A stretch of 64,000 nt of DNA from an uncultured Gammaproteobacteria bacterium (GTDB taxonomy: Bacteria > Pseudomonadota > Gammaproteobacteria > Arenicellales > CAJQKF01). The notes beneath the pieces are model-generated. The model saw only the letters and a list, made by a program, of their open reading frames with translations, was not told where the DNA came from and did no database searches. Positions 61,229 to 64,000 of the stretch are shown piece after piece. The position numbers were made by a program, and so were the translations under genes. Location: the NCBI GenBank assembly GCA_965652415.1, contig CBFGVH010000002.1:17325-81324 (forward strand), in the 5' to 3' direction. Each line of letters opens with the position of its first letter. Position 1 is the first letter of the stretch.

Positions 61229-61981
61229 TCAGAGGATCTGACTCAGGAAGCGCTGCGTGCGCGGGTCCCGCGCTTCGGTGAAGAAGGTGGCTGGTGGACC
61301 GTGTTCGACGATCACGCCGTGGTCCGTGAAGTAGATGTGATCGGCCAGTTCGCGGGCGAACCCCATCTCGTGGGTCACGAGCATGCAGGTCATGCCCTCC
61401 TCGGCCAACTCGCGAATGGTGACCAGGACCTCCTTGACGGTCTCCGGGTCGAGCGCCGCGGTGACCTCGTCGAAAAGCATGACTTCCGGGTTCATGGCCA
61501 GCGAGCGCGCGATCGCGACCCGCTGCTGCTGCCCCCCCGACAACTCGCCGGGGTAACTGTCCTCCTTGTCGGCAAGACGCACCTTCGCCAGCAGACCGCG
61601 GGCGCGCTCCTCGACCTCGTCCTTCGGCTGGCGCAGCACGTGCACCGGCGCCATCATCACGTTCTCGAGCGCGGTGCGGTGGGGAAACAGGTTGTACTGC
61701 TGGAACACCATGCCGACCGTGCGTCGCAGTGCCAGCTTGTCCAGGTCGGGAGAGTTCACCTCGCGGCCCATTACGCGGATCGACCCGCTGTTGATGGGCA
61801 CGAGCGCGTTGATGCAGCGAAGCAGCGTCGACTTTCCGGAGCCGGACGGGCCGATGATGCACACCACCCGCCCCTTCATGACCTCCAGGCTCACGCCTTT
61901 GAGCACCTCGGTGGCGCCGAACGACTTGTGCACGTCGCGGATGGCGACGATGGGTTCGTCCGCGGCCCAGGATTCGCTCAT
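61229..61981 (-). CDS. amino acid ABC transporter ATP-binding protein
   Basis: 250 aa from ATG 61979-61981. Motifs: GPSGSGKST, LSGGQQQRVAIAR, MLFDEVTAALDPE, THEMGFA. Confidence 0.92.
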   Translation of the reverse strand: MSESWAADEPIVAIRDVHKSFGATEVLKGVSLEVMKGRVVCIIGPSGSGKSTLLRCINALVPINSGSIRVMGREVNSPDLDKLALRRTVGMVFQQYNLFPHRTALENVMMAPVHVLRQPKDEVEERARGLLAKVRLADKEDSYPGELSGGQQQRVAIARSLAMNPEVMLFDEVTAALDPETVKEVLVTIRELAEEGMTCMLVTHEMGFARELADHIYFTDHGVIVEHGPPATFFTEARDPRTQRFLSQIL

Positions 61982-62865
61982 GTGTTCACCGCGTAGCGAC
62001 GTTCCAGGTGCATGGTGATGCGGGCAATCGGGTAGCAGTAGATGAAGAACCAGCTCATGAGCCACAGGTACATCGGGATCAACAGATCGACCCGTCCCTC
62101 GGCGCTCAAGGCGGCGCGGGTGAGGTTCATGGCCTCCTGCACCCCGACGATCGACACCAGCGGCGTAGCCATGGTGAGGATGGCATACAGGTTCATCCAC
62201 GGCGGCAGAACCCGCTTGACGCACTGCGGCAGGATCACCATGCGCATGGTCTGCCAGCGCGTGAAGGCGAGCGACTCTGCCGACTCCCACTGGCCGCTCG
62301 GCATCGAGCGAACGGCTCCGCGCACGAATTCCGACACGTAGGCCATCACCGGCAGCGACAGGCCGATGACCGCCTTGATCCACGCGGGTAACGGAAACTG
62401 CACGCCGAACGCGGAGACCTGGTAAGGGATCAGGAAGATGCAGTAGAACAGCAGCACCAGCCACGGAGCGTTGCGGAAGAACTGGGTCACCACCCACGCC
62501 CCGCGTCGCACCGGCGTCAGCAGCGAGACCTGGAGCAGGCCGAGCATGACGCCCAGCGCGGTGCCGACAGCCATGGACAGCACGGAGATCAGCAGGTTGA
62601 ACAGGAAACCGTCGAACATCACCGGCGTCCACTTGGCCAGCAGCACGACGATCCCCGGTCGCGCGGAGTCGTCGAGCGCGGCGACGTCGTTGACGACGAC
62701 CACGAGCGTCAGCGCTGCAAGACTGCCTGTCGCCAGCCGGCCGGTCCAGCCGTGCACCGGAGCGGCCGGTTCGTGAAGCGCTGGAGGGCGCGTCGATCGC
62801 TCCGATACGGGCACCAGCACGGGCAGCACGTTCGACCCGCCGCCGGGCCATGCGCGGCGCGTCAT
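61978..62865 (-). CDS. amino acid ABC transporter permease (His/Glu/Gln/Arg/opine family)
   Basis: EAA-loop-like SGQWESAESLAFTRWQTMRMVILPQ. ATGA overlaps on both sides. Confidence 0.85.
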   Translation of the reverse strand: MTRRAWPGGGSNVLPVLVPVSERSTRPPALHEPAAPVHGWTGRLATGSLAALTLVVVVNDVAALDDSARPGIVVLLAKWTPVMFDGFLFNLLISVLSMAVGTALGVMLGLLQVSLLTPVRRGAWVVTQFFRNAPWLVLLFYCIFLIPYQVSAFGVQFPLPAWIKAVIGLSLPVMAYVSEFVRGAVRSMPSGQWESAESLAFTRWQTMRMVILPQCVKRVLPPWMNLYAILTMATPLVSIVGVQEAMNLTRAALSAEGRVDLLIPMYLWLMSWFFIYCYPIARITMHLERRYAVNT

Positions 62866-63617
62866 GTCGATGACTCCCCGAAACCCGGCACGTGCAGCAT
62901 TCGCTCCCAGCGGTGCAGGACCCACACCAGCACGGCCACGATGCCGACGTACGACAGCAGCACCACGTTCATCATGGTGCGCACGTTGAGCACGTCCGAC
63001 CAGATCTGCGCGCAGACGTAGAGCAGCTCGGGAACCGCGATGGCGTAGGCCAGCGTCGTCGTCTTGACAAGGTTGACGAGGTTGGTGCCGAGCGCCGGCA
63101 GCGAGATGCGCAGCGCGAGCGGAAGTACGACGTGGCGATATGCCTGCAGCCGGGTATAGCCGAGCGACTCGGCTGCCTCGACCGTGGTGCGTGATACCGC
63201 CTCGACGCCGGAGCGGAATATCTCCACGTTGAGCGCCCCGGCAAAGAAGGACAAGGCCATGACCGCCCAGCCGAAATTGCTCACCAGCGGCCGCGTCGCG
63301 CCGCCGTCGAGCACGACCGGCGGCAGCACCGAGCCGAGCGCGAAGAAGAAGAAGTAGAGCTGGATCAGCGGCGGCGTGTTGCGGAAGAACGCGATGTATC
63401 CGCCGACCAGCCATCGCGCCAGGCGCGAGCGCGCACCCTGCGCGGCCGCGCCGAGAACGCCGATGACGAGGGAGAAAACGATGCACAGGACCGACAGCTT
63501 GATCGTGACCCAGAGACCCTCGACGAAGCGGCCGCGGTCGTAGGCGTCGTAGCCGATGGTGAGATTGATGCCGTGTTCACGATGCAGCCAGGTGAACAGC
63601 GCTTCGAACTCTTCCAC
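62862..63617 (-). CDS. amino acid ABC transporter permease
   Basis: 251 aa. VEAAESLGYTRLQAYRHVVLPLALR EAA loop. Confidence 0.85.
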   Translation of the reverse strand: MEEFEALFTWLHREHGINLTIGYDAYDRGRFVEGLWVTIKLSVLCIVFSLVIGVLGAAAQGARSRLARWLVGGYIAFFRNTPPLIQLYFFFFALGSVLPPVVLDGGATRPLVSNFGWAVMALSFFAGALNVEIFRSGVEAVSRTTVEAAESLGYTRLQAYRHVVLPLALRISLPALGTNLVNLVKTTTLAYAIAVPELLYVCAQIWSDVLNVRTMMNVVLLSYVGIVAVLVWVLHRWERMLHVPGFGESST

Positions 63618-63710
63618 GATTACGCGCGAACCCGCCAGGACCCGGGCCGCGGTTTCGGCCCGGGTTGCCGGTCACTTCGCACGCCGCCGGCTGCCCGCAT
63701 GAAGGCAGGC

Positions 63711-64000
63711 TCAGCCGCCCTTCAGCTTCTCGTGCATCTCCATCAGGAACGGATTGTCCTTGATCTCCCACTTGCGGTTCAGCTCGATGAGCTTGCCGCT
63801 GGCGTGCCAGTCGGTGGCCGCGTCGCGCACGAAGTCGCCCCACGGGCCGTTGAGATCGTCCAGGGAAACGGCGACCGCCCATCTCTGAAGGTCCTCCGTT
63901 TCAAGCGGCATCTCGTAGTCGGCCCATTGCGGATCGCTGGCAAGCTGGGACTCGATCCAGGTGTTGTCGTACAGGAAGGCCACGCAGTTGCCGTTGGCGA
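63711..64000 (-). CDS. amino acid ABC transporter substrate-binding protein, C-terminal part (gene runs off the right edge)
   Basis: The reading frame stays open to the window edge. The C-terminus ...ASGKLIELNRKWEIKDNPFLMEMHEKLKGG is typical of AapJ-like periplasmic binding proteins. Lies upstream of its permeases. Confidence 0.7.
   Translation of the reverse strand, partial: ANGNCVAFLYDNTWIESQLASDPQWADYEMPLETEDLQRWAVAVSLDDLNGPWGDFVRDAATDWHASGKLIELNRKWEIKDNPFLMEMHEKLKGG

Overview
This is a visibly GC-rich chromosomal window whose gene order looks gammaproteobacterial. GC content was not computed.

Core blocks, left to right:
- pheS(partial)-rplT-rpmI-infC-thrS, tRNA-Val and uvrB.
- A FimT-like minor pilin and tRNA-Asn.
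- erpA, yggX, then recO-era-rnc-DUF4845-lepB-lepA.
- ccmCDEFGHI, with no ccmAB.
- A Crp/Fnr-family regulator, argD and glcG-like.
- pilV-pilW-pilX-pilE, with no pilY1.
- An OYE-like flavoprotein plus an aryl/acyl-CoA ligase.
- ubiT-ubiU-ubiV, the O2-independent ubiquinone pathway.
- A PEP-mutase/isocitrate-lyase-family enzyme with a TRAP transporter.
- An amino-acid ABC importer that runs off the right edge.

Accessory content lies mainly between tRNA-Asn (6.6 kb) and about 23.7 kb:
- Two hypothetical genes.
- A Crp/Vfr-like cAMP receptor, divergent from a 1156-aa protein (zinc ribbon, class III cyclase, STAND ATPase, TPR).
- That cyclase gene is translationally coupled by GTGA overlaps to a YcaO, then to a long TfuA, then to a cytoplasmic HExxH...ExxxD (M4-like) protein.
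- Next comes a 234-aa protein ending in five to six tandem RAAA(A/S)S hexapeptides, then a secreted protein.
- A convergent MacAB-TolC-type exporter follows.

This cyclase-STAND/YcaO/TfuA/protease/repeat-protein operon is my best candidate for an undescribed system, a thioamide-type peptide-modification cassette with a built-in signalling NTPase.

A second locus (47.3-54.4 kb) holds a SARP(BTAD)/pseudo-cyclase/STAND/TPR giant. It is flanked on both sides by TTGACG direct repeats at 11-bp spacing.

The MATE-ubiT intergenic region holds three elements. One is a perfect 22-bp CRP palindrome. About 150 bp downstream is an intrinsic terminator, which together suggest a candidate small RNA. An FNR-like palindrome sits just before ubiT.

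I saw no CRISPR array, IS element, integrase or rRNA. Many long ORFs in the supplied track are antisense or out-of-frame GC artefacts and were not called.
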